The notes under the pieces: generated by a model
Databases searched by the model: none
Told to the model about the DNA's origin: nothing
What the model saw: the letters and a program-made list of their open reading frames with translations, nothing else
Program-made: the position numbers and the translations under genes
Assembly: GCA_964016885.1 (NCBI GenBank)
Contig: OZ024743.1
Coordinates: 171,678,001-171,742,000, forward strand
Direction of reading: 5' to 3'
Source: Eledone cirrhosa
Lineage: Eukaryota
Length of the DNA: 64,000 nucleotides
Shown: positions 50,401-64,000 of the stretch, piece by piece
Layout: each line of letters begins with the position of its first letter
Numbering within the stretch: position 1 is the stretch's first letter

Positions 50401-51257
50401 CGATGCTCCTGCTTGCACAACAAGACATACCTCATAAGCCTCCTGCTTGCAAATGTTCGCCATAAGCAGCATATTGCTCTTCTGAATGCAAGTGCATTGC
50501 AGCAACACTTCTGGATGGTGGAAGAACTGCACACTCCATGTTTAAGCTGCCCATAGATCTCACATGGCATGAACAATCTTTTTGCAACAAGAAGAACTCA
50601 CCCAAGGGCAAGCTTCTGCAAACATACAAGATGATAATTTGGGATGAAGCTACTATGAGCCATAAAGGAGCAATTGACGCTTTGGACCGGACGATAAGGG
50701 ATCTGAGAGAAAATAGTTGCATAATGGGAGGAGTGACAATGGTTCTTGCCTGTGATTTCAGACAAACTCTGCCTGTAATTATTCGAGGGACTCCAGCTGA
50801 TCAGGTCAATGCCTGTCTGAAAACATCCTATCTCTGGCCCCACTTTCAGCTGCTGAACCTTACATCCAACATGCAAGTGCACTTAACTGGTGACGAAGGT
50901 GTCAGTGACTTTGCCATCCAACTACTTAAATTGGGAAATGGACTTCTTGAAAATGACCATATTCAGTTGTCATTTGGTGGTGACAATTGTTTCATTCCCA
51001 GAATACATCTGAAGCTAACTGTTTTGCCATTTGAATATCAAAGACTTCAATTTCCGATCAGGCTCAGTTTTGCCATGACCATTAATAAATCTCAAGGGCA
51101 ATCATTGAAAGTCGTTGGGTTAAATCTGGCAGATCCTGTCTTTTCACACGGTCAACTCTATGTTGGCACATCAAGGGTTGGGAACCCTGATTGTCTCTTC
51201 ATCGTGACACCACAGGGCAAAACCAAGTATGTTATTTATCGAGAGGCTTTGGAATGA
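47440..51257 (+). pseudogene. Helitron Rep (HUH) - PIF1 helicase pseudogene
   Basis: CQYC..CC, GRPDLFITFTCN, IEWQKRGLPHSH, YVTKYINKG, IIWDEATM, DFRQTLP, QFPIRLSFAMTINKSQGQSL. Confidence 0.92.
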
Positions 51258-51692
51258 CAATACACACAGATCCTAATTCCTTAGTCATGTAGTTTGGATG
51301 ACCAGAAATACGCCTACCACAACATCATCAAGGACATTCAAAAGCAAGACATTCCTCATAAACCTCCTGCTTGCAAAAGTTCTCCAAAAGCAATATATTG
51401 ACCTTGCTGTGGCTTCAAGTGGCATTGCAACAACACGTCTGGATGGAAGAAGAACTGCACACTCCATGTTTAAGCTGCCCATAGATCTCACACGGCATGA
51501 ACAATCTTTTTGCAACATCAAGAAGAACTCACCCAAGGGCAAGCATCTGCAAAGATGCAGATCCTAATTCCTTAATCATGTAGTTTGCAAGGAATTCTGA
51601 AGCCGCAAATTTACTGCATGGTGTTACTTTGGAAGAATATGCAAGCATTCCCGGGTACCTCTGCTATATAAAGTAGTATAAGTGAGGACTTT

Positions 51693-51955
51693 GTTGGGTA
51701 GAAATAGCAGCCAAATTTCCTTCAAATCCCATCTTACTTCCTCAGGTATGTATATATGTACGAAGCAAAAAGGAATGGTTCTATGTGATAACTCGATCTA
51801 CTAGAAATAGCAAAATCCATTTCAAATCACAAACAACTATCTTACACATATACATGTGTGTGTATGTATCTATGTATGTCATGTGAGCCACTATAACTGT
51901 TGGCATAGCTGATAGAAATAGAAAACAAATCTCCGTCAAACTAGATCCTACTGCC
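51693..51955 (+). repeat. Three degenerate copies of a tagaaatagcagccaaat.. motif (probable fragments of another SINE)
   Basis: tagaaatag-like core at ~51698, ~51802, ~51913. Confidence 0.4.
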
Positions 51956-52565
51956 ATAGAGGCAAAGATTGGTGAAAGCTACAGTGTACAAATTTAAATA
52001 CACTTTCCCAGAATTACAGAGTAATTAATGAGTAAGTAAATGCTTCATTCAATCATAAACCAATGCTAAATTTATTTTCTTATTTTATTTATTGTTTTTA
52101 AAATAGTCTTTACATGTTGTTTCAAATTCAGTGGTTCAGATTGCGCAAAAAAAAAAGAGAGAAAGTAAAGGATAAATTAAAAAAATCTAAATGTATTTTT
52201 TTGGTCATGCCCTTTTCACTAACAACATGCCTAATGATTCATCTATGAGTAAACCATTATATATGCTGACTGTAATAGGGAGCAGTATTCAAAGATCACC
52301 ACTGGAAAAAAATAATATTTTCATCTAGATGATTTACTTTGACCAAACGGCAATAAATATTCTGCTATAATTCCTACATTTGTTAAAATTCAGCAATCAT
52401 ATTTGAATGGGCAAATATTTCGTAATGTGTGCCAAATATATTGTAACTTTCATAAAATACCCGGGTGTCACCGGGTAGCTCAGCTAGTAAATGTATATAT
52501 GAAGTATTTCCGTAGGAAGGGTAAAGGAAGGGAGAGTGCTCTATGTATGCTACAGAGCTATTTAA

Positions 52566-52701
52566 TTATGTAATAAACAACATCAGATAATTATTCCATT
52601 TACCATTCTGATGAGCGATTTCAGACGTCTCTGTGGAGCTTGTCTGTCTTCGTGAAACCTTTGGCAAATGGAATAACTGTCTTATGTTGTTTATTACATA
52701 A
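52566..52701 (+). mobile_element. Mini fold-back: ~40-bp inverted repeat enclosing a hammerhead-like core
   Basis: arms 52566-52605 / 52662-52701; CTGATGA 52608-52614, GAAA 52654-52657; stem III degenerate. Confidence 0.6.
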
Positions 52702-52703
52702 AT

Positions 52704-52734
<31 letters not shown>

Positions 52735-52798
52735 ATTAGAAAGTGAGGTTTTTTTTTACAAAATGAAAAATAACCGAGGTGTCCTACACGAGTGGAAG

Positions 52799-53180
52799 TA
52801 TAAAGAAAAAGGGATGAAATCGAAAATGCAACTGAAGTCTTATTTTTTTAAAAAATATATATATTTATTTGGTTCCTTTACCGGTTTCGCAGTTCTTCTG
52901 CTTTTCAAAAGGTGAGTTGAGATGGAGGGTCTGTGGTTTTTCTCACATCTGGTTGGTCTCTAAATGTTACTTGTTTTATATGGAAGCCACTTTTTCCATA
53001 TAAAACAAGTAACATTTAGAGACCAACCAGATGTGAGAAAAACCACAGACCCTCCATCTCAACTCACCTTTTGAAAAGCAGAAGAACTGCGAAACCGGTA
53101 AAGGAACCAAATAAATATATATATTTTTTAAAAAAATAAGACTTCAGTTGCATTTTCGATTTCATCCCTTTTTCTTTATA
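52799..53180. mobile_element. Apparently perfect fold-back PLE remnant (187-bp arms, 8-nt loop)
   Basis: Centre tggaa-gccacttt-ttcca; a hammerhead in each arm. Confidence 0.85.
53067..53104 (+). ncRNA. Minimal hammerhead, U3-A8 core variant (mirror at 52875-52912 minus)
   Basis: cctt-TTGAAAA-gcag aagaa ctgc-GAAA-ccgg-TA-aagg. Confidence 0.8.
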
Positions 53181-53182
53181 TA

Positions 53183-53283
<101 letters not shown>

Positions 53284-53313
53284 ATATATATAATTATATA
53301 TATATATATATAT

Positions 53314-54528
53314 ATATTAGTGAAAAAGAACAAAAGAACTATTATGACATTATAACAAGTTTATTGCCGACAGCAGTTTCGTCCGACTATATGGTGGGAC
53401 TTTTCAAGGCATATAACACGTGATTGTAAGATCATTATTTACATCAACGTATCACTTAAGACTAGCAGTTTGAAATTGTGGTATACATCAGCAGCTCCGC
53501 TGTATAGTTGGGGTCTATATTCTAAGGGGGCTCTTTTATATTAGTTGTCGGGGTCAGGGATTGAAGGTTAAAAATTAGATAATATATAATTTACGCATTA
53601 AAAGTAAAAATTAAATTAAAAGACTTGGGATCTCGTAGAAGCACTTTAAAAAATCCCTCAATAAGTGCATAAAGCTTACAGGCTCCAATAAACCTAATAA
53701 ACTAGAAGAAATTAAGAGGCTAATAAAATAAAAAAAATAAAAATATAAAGTTTCCCTAAAAAATATAAAGTTTCCTAAGAAATTCCTTCGAGAGAAAAAA
53801 ACTCCTTCGAGAGAAAAATTTTTTTTTCGAATGAAAAAAACTTTCTTCCCCCGAGATCACGTTAACAAATTTCAGAAAACTTACGAAGTAACGTTAACGT
53901 GATCTCGGGGGAAGAAAGTTTTTTTCTTTCGAAAAAAATTTTTTCTCTCGAAGGAATTTTTTAGGAAACTTTATATTTTTTAGGGAAACTATATATTTTT
54001 ATTTTTTAAAATTTTATTAGCCTCTTAATTTCTTCTAGTTTATTAGGTTTATTGGAGCCTGTAAGCTTTATGCACTTATTGAGGGATTTTTTAAGGTGCT
54101 TCTACGAGATCCCAAGTCTTTTAATTTAATTTTTACTTTTAATGCGTAAATTATATATTATCTAATTTTTAACATTCAATCCCTGACCCCGACAACTAAT
54201 ATAAAAGAGCCCCCTTAGAATATAGACCCCAACTATACAAGTGGAGCTGCTGATGTATACCACAATTTCAAACTGCTAGTCTTGAGTGATACGTTGATGT
54301 AAATAATGATCTTACAATCACATGTTATATGCCTTGAAAATCGCACCATATGGTCGGACGAAACGGCTGTCGGCAATAAACTTGTTATAATGTCATAATA
54401 GTTCCTTTGTTCTTTTTCACTAATATTTCTGCTCTGCGTATACGCATAGAGATTAACTAGCTACCGTCAGATATTTGGTAGGTCAGACGTGATCATCGCG
54501 ATTCACATACGACCTACCATACATCTTG

Positions 54529-54530
<2 letters not shown>
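53314..54530. mobile_element. Fold-back PLE remnant (arms ~53314-53867 / 53891-54426, one-sided extension to 54530)
   Basis: ~550-bp inverted arms; hammerheads 53365-53411 (-) and 54330-54375 (+); (TA)n flanks. Confidence 0.85.
53365..53411 (-). ncRNA. Minimal hammerhead, U3-A8 core variant
   Basis: tgcc-TTGAAAA-gtcc..ggac-GAAA-ctgctg-TC-ggca. Confidence 0.75.
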
Positions 54531-54825
<295 letters not shown>

Positions 54826-54863
54826 GCGGCCCGTAAAACCATAATCACCTTTGAGGACCAACT

Positions 54864-56387
54864 ATGGACACGCAAGGATATACGCACAACAACTTCGACA
54901 TAACCATGGGATCTAGTGACTCGGCGCAGGTCACAGATTTGGTCGGCCTATACCTCCTCAACGAAATCCATAAGGACCTCCCTTACCTCAACGGTGGTTT
55001 GTACCGCGATGATGCACTTCTACTTATAGAATCTAAAAAAATTTATATAGAAAGAACTAGAAAACAACTGCATAAGACATTCAAAAACTTTAACCTTAGT
55101 ATCACCATGGACAAAAACACTAAAAATGTTAACTTCCTAGACGCCACACTATACCTAGACTCAAAAATATATACACCTTTCCACAAGCCTAATGAGAAAC
55201 TTATTTACGTAGATACCAAGTCTAATCACCCTAGATCAATATTAAACTCTATCTCTAAGGGGGTGTCCAATAGAATCTCTAGTCTGTCCTATGACGCAAA
55301 CATATTTAGCAAAAACTCACAATATTACAATCAAGCATTAGCTAGCTCCGGCCATAATATAGAAATTGAGTTCCTACCTAAGAAAACACATAGCTACAAC
55401 ATCATCTCGCACAACATGTCCACGAGGAAATCTAATAGTAGGAATAGCAACCACAAGTGCACCAAAGCGGAGGGTGCCACCGGAAGTAACCATTACCATG
55501 GAAACTACTGTGGGGCCTTAGGAGGAAGCAACACACCAAACACTAAAAGCAAAAATAGAAGAAGAAATAATACATTTTTCAACCCTCCTTTCAACCTAAA
55601 TGTCTCCACCAACATACCTAGGGCTTTCTTCTCACTACTAGATAAAAACTTCCCTCTAGGACATAAGTACCACAACCTCTTAAACAAAAACACCATTAAA
55701 ATCTCATACTCTACGACGCCTAACTTAGCATACCACATAGCTAAAATTAGTTCTTACTTCCAACAAACAAAATCACAACGGGATGCAAACCATCTAAATA
55801 CCACTGTAGCAAGCAACCATAGCAACGGCAGTAACAATAGAAATAACACTAGTATAAGTAATAACACCAGGGTTGTCAACCCGAACACCCAAAATCCTAT
55901 ATCTACCACACGGACTTCCGCATTGCATTATAACCAGCGGACTAACGCACAGGATAATTGTAACTGTAGAGCTAATAGAACCTGCCCTTTAGATAAAAAA
56001 TGCCTAACCAAGGATGTCATATACTCATGCACCGTCACGACTAATAACTCTTCAGAAACCTATGTAGGCTCCACTTCTAACTGCTTCAAAATCAGATATA
56101 ATTCGCACATCCACTCGTTCAAAAAGCACAGCCTAGCCAACTCCACCTCACTTTCTAGCTACATACACTATCTAAAATCTAAAAATAAACCATACACACT
56201 CAAATGGGAAGTGATAGGAAGCGCGACCTCGTACAAACCACCTAATAAATTCTGTAACCTCTGTATACTAGAGACACACAATATTATCTTCTCCAACCGT
56301 AACCTACTTAACAAAAAATCTGAGGTGTTTGCAACTTGCCAGCACCGCCTCAGACATTCCTTCCAAAACTTTAAGCCCAATATATAG
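54864..56387 (+). CDS. Open C-terminal part of Naiad RT + GIY-YIG endonuclease
   Basis: FDITMGSSDSAQ, GLYRDD, VNFLDA, SNHP, FNPPF, CNCRANRTCPLDKKC, VIY..YVG, CNLC..CQHR. Confidence 0.9.
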   Translation: MDTQGYTHNNFDITMGSSDSAQVTDLVGLYLLNEIHKDLPYLNGGLYRDDALLLIESKKIYIERTRKQLHKTFKNFNLSITMDKNTKNVNFLDATLYLDSKIYTPFHKPNEKLIYVDTKSNHPRSILNSISKGVSNRISSLSYDANIFSKNSQYYNQALASSGHNIEIEFLPKKTHSYNIISHNMSTRKSNSRNSNHKCTKAEGATGSNHYHGNYCGALGGSNTPNTKSKNRRRNNTFFNPPFNLNVSTNIPRAFFSLLDKNFPLGHKYHNLLNKNTIKISYSTTPNLAYHIAKISSYFQQTKSQRDANHLNTTVASNHSNGSNNRNNTSISNNTRVVNPNTQNPISTTRTSALHYNQRTNAQDNCNCRANRTCPLDKKCLTKDVIYSCTVTTNNSSETYVGSTSNCFKIRYNSHIHSFKKHSLANSTSLSSYIHYLKSKNKPYTLKWEVIGSATSYKPPNKFCNLCILETHNIIFSNRNLLNKKSEVFATCQHRLRHSFQNFKPNI

Positions 56388-57832
56388 CTATGTCGGACTG
56401 GAACCTAACACCACATCTAGCATCAAACACCAGAGACACACCTTATACTACATACCCAACACTAACTGATCCATTATAACACAAACAATGACATCCCTCT
56501 GGAACCCTTCGCAGGGAGAATACCCATTTATACCTCTACGGCAGGTGTGACAACATCCACCCACTTGAACGGCACTACACCGCTCTAAGGGTAATTTGAG
56601 CATGAATTGATCGGTTGGATAGTGTTGTGCAGAGGAAACACCTTCCTTAGACGGATGTAAAATGATTTAATCGAGTAGCGCTGTTGACCAGTAGGACCGG
56701 ACTGCTGAGTGCAGTGGGTGAATGCATTCCAACTGCCGTGCGGGTTGTACGTATATGGATGATCGGAAAGGTCAGAGAGGGGTCGCGAGGACTGCGGATT
56801 GACCTTTGGCCGGCCTGGGGATAATTATCTTTCGACATCAAATGTAGCAAGCGATGACCCAGATCTTACCAGAGATCATTGGGTCCTGAAGCAAGCCTGC
56901 AATCACCGCGCCTGGTCATATGAGCAGACTACAACCACAGAGATCATTAATTTAGAATCCTCGCTCATCATCTATAATTTCCATTTGTGGCACCTTAAGA
57001 TGGGTTAATCCACCATAATAATATGATCACCTTCAGCATAACTTAATTAAACTACTCTATAGTTAATACACTTTATGCTTTAAAAATCTCTCTTGGAAGA
57101 TGCGCATCACCATAGAATTTAGGGTCTATATTGGGACACATTTTAATGGCTAGATACAGAAACCCCAGAGTTACCTCCCCGCATGCATTAACTCCCCTTA
57201 GCCACACACACACTTCCGGGCGGTATTCAATGGCGTTTCTAGAAACGTAACAACCTCCTGTATCGAACTAAAGAACACCAGACTACGATCTCTAACTGGA
57301 TTGTCGTGGATTATGTGAAGGGCATATAATCGAAAAATATACTCCCCTGACCATGAAAATGCCGAAGTACATGAAATACTTGACATCCCTGCGCTGTGCA
57401 TCTCCATTACTTATAACACTTTTAATGCTTGCACTATCTTTAATGCTTATAATATTTCTCCACACACAGACTATATCAATCATATAAAGAATTTGCCACC
57501 AGATCTACCAACCTAACACTCTTATTTACCTACCTAAGTGCCTCTACCACACATATCTCTCTGCTACACTATATAAACAAGACGCACATGCGTGCCACAC
57601 ATATAACATTTGCACTATATAACCGTTTATCTTCATGTTGTATTTTAACCTATATCTTTGATTTTTTATTGTACCTATTAATATAAATGTAATCTCGAAG
57701 TGTGTACTGCCACTCTAAATTCTGTAATGAATGTTGACCCACAATGTTTGAATATGTATCAATGTTTGAATATGTATTAGTATGTATCTCGGCTGAAAAG
57801 GAGGTCATATAACTGTCCATGCATTAATAAAT

Positions 57833-57879
57833 TGCTCCGAAGAATCGAAACCTCGGTTTGGAGGAAACAGCTGTAAGCA
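57833..57879 (+). ncRNA. Hammerhead motif with CCGAAGA core
   Basis: tgct-CCGAAGA-..aaacc tc ggttt..-GAAA-cagctg-TA-agca. Confidence 0.65.
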
Positions 57880-58030
57880 CAATAATGTTTTGAACAGTTC
57901 TTTGATTCTTATATTTAACTTACTGGTACTTAACTTACTGGTAATAAGGTAGTAATACAATACTGCCTACCACTATTTAGGGTGTGTGTAAAGTACTTAC
58001 AACTGCTTAAGGTTTTGTATTTACATAACC

Positions 58031-58457
<427 letters not shown>

Positions 58458-58593
58458 TAAGTATGTATGTATGTCCCGTACTAAGAGTGAGAAATGAAAT
58501 TTCGTTTCATTCTTTTCCATTTAAATATATATATACATATATATATCTGATGATTTCTAAAGAATGAAACAGTTCTAGTCTTGTAGAATCTCA

Positions 58594-58661
<68 letters not shown>

Positions 58662-58671
58662 AATATATATA

Positions 58672-59786
58672 TCTATATATTAATTTCAACAACGTCAGTA
58701 TTCCGTGTGTCATAATTCTCGATTATCATTGGTTCCAAACGACTCCGCCCACCTCAATGACGCAAAACTTAAATTAATACCCATAATGCCAATGAGGGAG
58801 TGAGAGGAGAGAGTAAGAAACAGATAGTAGGCAAAGTGTAACGCTGTAACTATTACCATGTGTGCGTGTGTATGTACGTGTGTATGTACGTGCGCGTGTG
58901 TTTATGCTCGTGTGTGTGCGTGCAGCGTTCCACAGAAAGTAAAATCTATCAACATGTGTGAGTGTGTAAGTCTGTGTAAGTGCACGGGTGCGTGTGCGCG
59001 TTTTCATATGTGTATGTGTGTGTACGTGGGGCGTTCCACAATCGCCACGCAATTTATCTGTCTGTGTGCCTGTCTGTCAGTCTAAGATACACAGAGTTGT
59101 GAAGGGAGTAAATAGGGACCTTTTTTTACATTGACGGACATATTTTATATTTATTATTGTGTCAGTTTTTGACAATTGCTCGAAATGAATACTGATAATA
59201 AAAGCAATTCGACTTTATCAAACAGTGAACTACAGCGGCGACGGCGTGCAGCTAGGAATGAAGAAAAACGGGCCGAACAGCGCCATCGGAACGCCGAACT
59301 TCAGAGGCGAAGACGTGCCGCCATGAATGAAGAGGAGCTGGCTGAACACGTCAACGAAACACTGGAGCCAAGCAGCGACAGCGTGCTGCGATGGTTGAAG
59401 ACGAACTGGCCGAGCATCATCTTTTATATTAATTATCTATATCTATATCTACATATAATATAAAAGATTGGAACTTCCATCATCCTTTTGAGAAAGGTAG
59501 AACAACCACATCTATGCAATGATACACGTTTTACAGTCAGGCAGAAGATGAACCATCTCCTAGAAGTCACTATTCTAGGTGGGAGCACCTAGAATTGTTC
59601 ATATACTATGCACAAATGGTACAGCGAAGAATCTGGTATATCTGGAAGTTTTTGTTTTACTGTTTTCTGTATCACACGGACTCGTCTCATACTGTAACCA
59701 GACAAACACCCAATACAGTCATTTTCTCTTTTACCTGTCTTCTCTTGTCATCTGTTTACCCGGGCGAAGCTGGGTACGTCAGCTAG
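58672..59786 (+). mobile_element. Internally deleted non-autonomous Helitron
   Basis: A|TC start; R/E-rich RepHel-like N-terminus (59176-); helicase scraps (..HLCNDTRF.., KNLVYLEV); hairpin tacccgg/ctgggta + CTAG|T. Confidence 0.8.
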
Positions 59787-59921
59787 TATATAATAATATT
59801 TATATTTATATTTATATATGTTTGATATAACTATAAATATGTAGGGTAGTATTAAGTACTAGCCGGTTACTGGTATGACAAAATGCTCAATGCAAATTTT
59901 CAAGTGTTTTACAGAGCCGAG

Positions 59922-61203
59922 ATACAAAGTGTTAAAACGATCAAATTTTAGTTTAGAACATTTATTAGCTGACAATTGTTTCTTCCAGAGCAAATTATGT
60001 ATATACAGATACACATCAGAGCATAAGGAATGTCGAAAACGTGTAACTAGAATCCTAGTCATTTAGAACATTTAGGGTACATAGTTGTTATTAGTGTCAA
60101 AGGCATCATGTGGAGATTCAGGAGTTAAAAAGCTGTTCCGCTTGAAATAACACAATTACAGGCAGCACTGGTTGGAAGTGTAATAGGTATAAGGAAAAGC
60201 AAAAAGCACAAGCCAAAAAATCACAAGCAAAAAAACACAGGAAAAGAAGTTATAAGCAAGGACAATTAGTGTACAATGCAGGAGTCAATACTGTCAATGA
60301 GGCATGTATGAGGAAAGAGTTATAATGCAGTTGAAATAAACATATTTTGTGTGGGGGGTTAAAGCATGTTTTATTTGTTATAAACATTTAAGATAGTGTG
60401 CAATTTGTTAGAGAGGCATGTGGTGATAATGTAGGTATTTTTTATGTAAGGTGTAATATAAAGCACTAGATAGAGTTGGGTATGTGATTTTCATTTAAGT
60501 GTTTTTGTGTTATAGGTCGTATTTATGTGCATGTGTTGTTTGTTACTCACAGCTATTAACCATGGGATTATTTTAAGTCGTTTATAGTCAATAGGTGTTT
60601 GTTTGTTAAATGTAAATTCCTCCGAATTACTGGCCACGTTGTTATTGTAGGTATATTATTTTATGCATTTTTTTATCTACAAATTATCTTTTCTAGGGTT
60701 TGTATTAACCGTTATTAATCTGTTAGTAAACCGTTAGGTTACTTAATTTTATAAATTTACACAGGAAGTTGTAAAGGGGGTTAATAAAAAAGGGAGGTAA
60801 TTAATGCTGTTGATAAATTAAGGTTTGTTATAATATTGTGATAGTGTTATAAATTAAACTATATAGAGTATATAAAATATAAATTATAAAATATTCTTGG
60901 TTATATAATTGCTATCTTTCAAACTTGCGTGTGTGGGCTATGGGGGGGGGGGGGGGGGCTTAAACACGTTTTTTTTAAATTTAGTTTATTATAACTAGAT
61001 AGTTTTTACACAGTTAATATATGCATGTATAATATAAGGCATATGCATATGTGTGACAATGTATAGACATACACACACACACATATCTGCACACACACAT
61101 ATATACACACACATATACACATATATATACACACACATATGCACACACATATATACAGATACACACATATACAGTATATATATATATACATATACATATA
61201 TAC

Positions 61204-61235
<32 letters not shown>

Positions 61236-61236
61236 T

Positions 61237-61280
<44 letters not shown>

Positions 61281-61690
61281 CACACATATATATACACACA
61301 TATATATACATGCAAACATATTGATTGTGTAGAGATAGTTGAAGCTTTATATGACAGGATAGTGAGTTGCATAATATATACTGGAGTAATTGGAGTTATA
61401 TACACAGTTGTCTGCTATTTAGTTGGTGTTGTATATTGGGAATTTATTAGGGTGTCTATATCATTTAATTATTTTAATTGTATAATTGTATAATGTAACG
61501 GAACAGCTTTTTAACTTCTGATGCCTTTGACACTAATAACAACTATGTACCCTAAATGTTCTAAATGACTAGGATTCTAGTTACACGTTTTCGACATTCC
61601 TTATACACCGATGATGCCATAATTTGCTCTGGAAGAAACAATTGTCAGCTAATAAATGTTCTAAACTAAAGTTTGATCGTTTTAACACTT

Positions 61691-61694
<4 letters not shown>
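59922..61694. mobile_element. Fold-back PLE remnant (arms ~59922-60140 / 61499-61694)
   Basis: Inverted arms with degenerate hammerhead (CCGATGA..GAAA-caattg-TC at 61608-61649). Confidence 0.7.
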
Positions 61695-61777
<83 letters not shown>

Positions 61778-61797
61778 TTATATATATACTGTATATT

Positions 61798-61832
<35 letters not shown>

Positions 61833-61859
61833 AGTAATAATAATAAATTAGAAGACTAA

Positions 61860-63565
61860 AATCCAAAGAGGGCTCGATAAGGATAAATATATATCAAACA
61901 TATAAGAACCGTTGGGCAAATATTTATTAAAATAACAGTTTAAAGTTTAAGCAAAGAATCCCTGCTTTCACCCTTAACGGGATCTTCTGAAACTAAAAAA
62001 ATCAATCTGTGAACGCAGAAGTAAATATTTCGAAAAATGTTGCAACCGAAGGAAGACAGGAAGACGTTTCTTTGGTTCCTGGAGACGTGCCTCGCAAAGA
62101 ACGAAAAAAAAAAACAAAGATAATACGTCATTATTTGGACCGCGGAGAACAATTACCATGTTCATGGTATAAATGTAGTCGTAGACTAATATTCAATTAG
62201 GTGGATCATGGAGACGTTCCCTGGCAATGAACGGAGAAGCGAAGATAATACGTCATTATGTGAACCGTTGAGAACAATTACATGCAAAGAAAAAACCACG
62301 TTTATGGTATAACTGAAGTCGTAGAATAACATTTTTTTTAGGAAACCGAATGATTCTCGGCTTCAGAGTTAAGAATAATGTAAATAAATTCCAGAGGTTA
62401 TTGAAATCAACAATAATTTCTTTGCGTTTTGGTATACTTTCATGTACGTATATTTGAAGGAATATGACGTCACTTTCAGCTTATATCTGGAGTCTAAAAG
62501 ACAACCAGACCCAATATAGATTACACTGGGAGATACTAGCTAAAGCTAGATCGTATAACTGGAATAAAAGACCATGTGACCTCTGCGCTGCTGAAGCCCT
62601 GGAAGTACTACGCCAATGACCACATCTTAAACAAAAAATCTGAGGCAATTTCGGCTTGTAAACATAAATTGCACAAAACTTTCCTGTATTACAGCCCCAC
62701 ATTATACCCTAACGGATAGTACGAACTATACGCGGATAATTTACGTCTTGATGTGGTAGCTAAGTATATTTTATGTTTATACCATTACTTATTTGTATAG
62801 GTATGTATATATTACCTGTATGTTTTGTGAAGGTACGTATACTTTCATGTACGTATATTTGCTTATATTTGTTATACGCGTATATATTATATTATATATA
62901 CTGGTACATGGCTTATGGTTATGTGTATACGTGAGTTTTGCGGCTGTGTGTATGCGGATTTGCACGTATATAGTGTGTGTATATGTGTACTTTGCGTTTT
63001 GGTTGGCGTATGTTTAGCGAAAATATGTGTATTTACATGTAGGTATGTGTGTGCACGCGTTATATACGTATTTATGTGTGTATATTTATATACGTTTATA
63101 TAATTATATGTATACACGCACACACACACATATATATCTTTTTATATATGTTTTATGTGTATTTGGTGTACACATTCGTATGTGTGCGGGTACAGGCGTT
63201 GCGTGGGTTTTTGTATGTGTGTGCGCGTTTTTCTGTACGTGCCTGTATTTGCATACCCATGGCGGGTATTTTAGCGTATGCATGTGTATGTACGTGTATG
63301 GATGCGTGCATGTATATATTTAATTATTGTTGATTCCAATAACCTCTGGAATTTATTTACATTATTCTTAACTCTGAAGCCGAGAATCATTCTGTTTCCT
63401 AAATGTAATTTTAGTCTACGACTTCAGTTATACCACAAACGTGGTTTTGTCTTTGCGTGTAATTGTTCTCAACGCTCCACATAATGACGTATTATCTTCG
63501 CTTCTCCGTTCATTGCCAGGGAACGTCTCCACGAACCACCTAATAGAATATTAGTCTACGACTCC
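61860..63565 (+). mobile_element. Fold-back Naiad remnant with GIY-YIG C-terminus, right arm interrupted by a Helitron
   Basis: 62461-62670 encodes TSLSAYIWSLK..WEILAKA..CDLC..LNKKSE..CKHK; arms ~62177-62418 / 63322-63563. Confidence 0.75.
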
Positions 63566-63566
63566 A

Positions 63567-64000
63567 TCTATCTATCTATATACTACTAAAACTCTGATCC
63601 TGCGTGCTTGCTTGCTTGCCTGTTAATGGGTAAATACTTTGAAAGCAAGTTGCCTCTGAAATGGGAATACAAATTGAATAAAACAAGTTTCGCAAAAATC
63701 TGACCCCGGGCTCCCAAGATTCGCGGGTTTTGGGGGTTTCTTCGTAAATAGCCACAACGGTGCATACTGGGAAAATACCTCGAAATTAACATAACCCTGC
63801 CAAACTTCGTAAATAGCCAAAACATTCCATAATGAGAAAATACTCTGAATAAAACAAGTTTCGCATAAATCGCACATGGACAATATTTTCAATTTTCCCA
63901 AAATAGCAAGGAATTCATCTAAATTCAATTCATCTTATTTTATAATGAATATCGAAAGAAATAATCCAATTGTTTTTTTGGTTGTCCATTCTGTAGGTAA
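63567..64000 (+). mobile_element. 5' end of a Helitron
   Basis: A|TCTATCTATCTATATACTACTA; 63905-63970 is similar to 46187-46250; insertion at an A^T site deduced from the opposite arm. Confidence 0.65.

Larger units (their letters stand above)
46044..52487 (+). mobile_element. Decayed autonomous Helitron
   Basis: 5' TC(TATATATAAA); RepHel remnants; 3' hairpin tacccgg/ccgggta (52458-52477) + CTAG|T; alternative end near 51667. Confidence 0.8.

Noticed and set aside
54864-57800. Selenoprotein-coding Naiad (in-frame TGA + SECIS), as known for some Naiads
   Set aside because: No in-frame TGA in the 507-aa ORF; the ATGA..AA..GA candidate near 56488-56520 lacks a proper helix II
61990-62330. CRISPR-like spaced repeats (gataatacgtcattat, gtcgtaga)
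   Set aside because: Two or three degenerate tandem units inside a PLE arm; eukaryotic context, no cas genes

Overview
Eukaryotic, transposon-saturated window with no intact host gene. Its Nin/Deu-domain SINE, Naiad-type Penelope elements and dense (TA)n/(CA)n/(GA)n tracts suggest a mollusc, probably a cephalopod (inference). Contents: (1) two same-orientation tandem arrays of Tx1-clade LINEs, one tied to (ATT)n (1-15.7 kb) and one to (TATC)n (29.6-46.1 kb); (2) two R4/Dong RT+RLE elements in the same (TAA)n tracts on the opposite strand; (3) about ten Penelope-like insertions, nearly all fold-backs with minimal hammerhead ribozyme motifs; (4) three Helitrons; (5) five copies of a tRNA-headed Nin-domain SINE. 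Strongest new signal: all Tx1 families share a covarying 3' stem-loop with a 5-nt loop (CUUGU in the (ATT)n families), and the SINE carries the same loop in a reversed stem at the same 16-nt distance from an ATT tail, implying a Tx1-SINE partnership. Three divergent Tx1 families also keep a splice-donor-like motif plus pyrimidine tract at the ORF1/ORF2 junction. All coordinates were read by eye; element boundaries are approximate. The line labelled 57801 was treated as 57781 from the 60-nt spacing.
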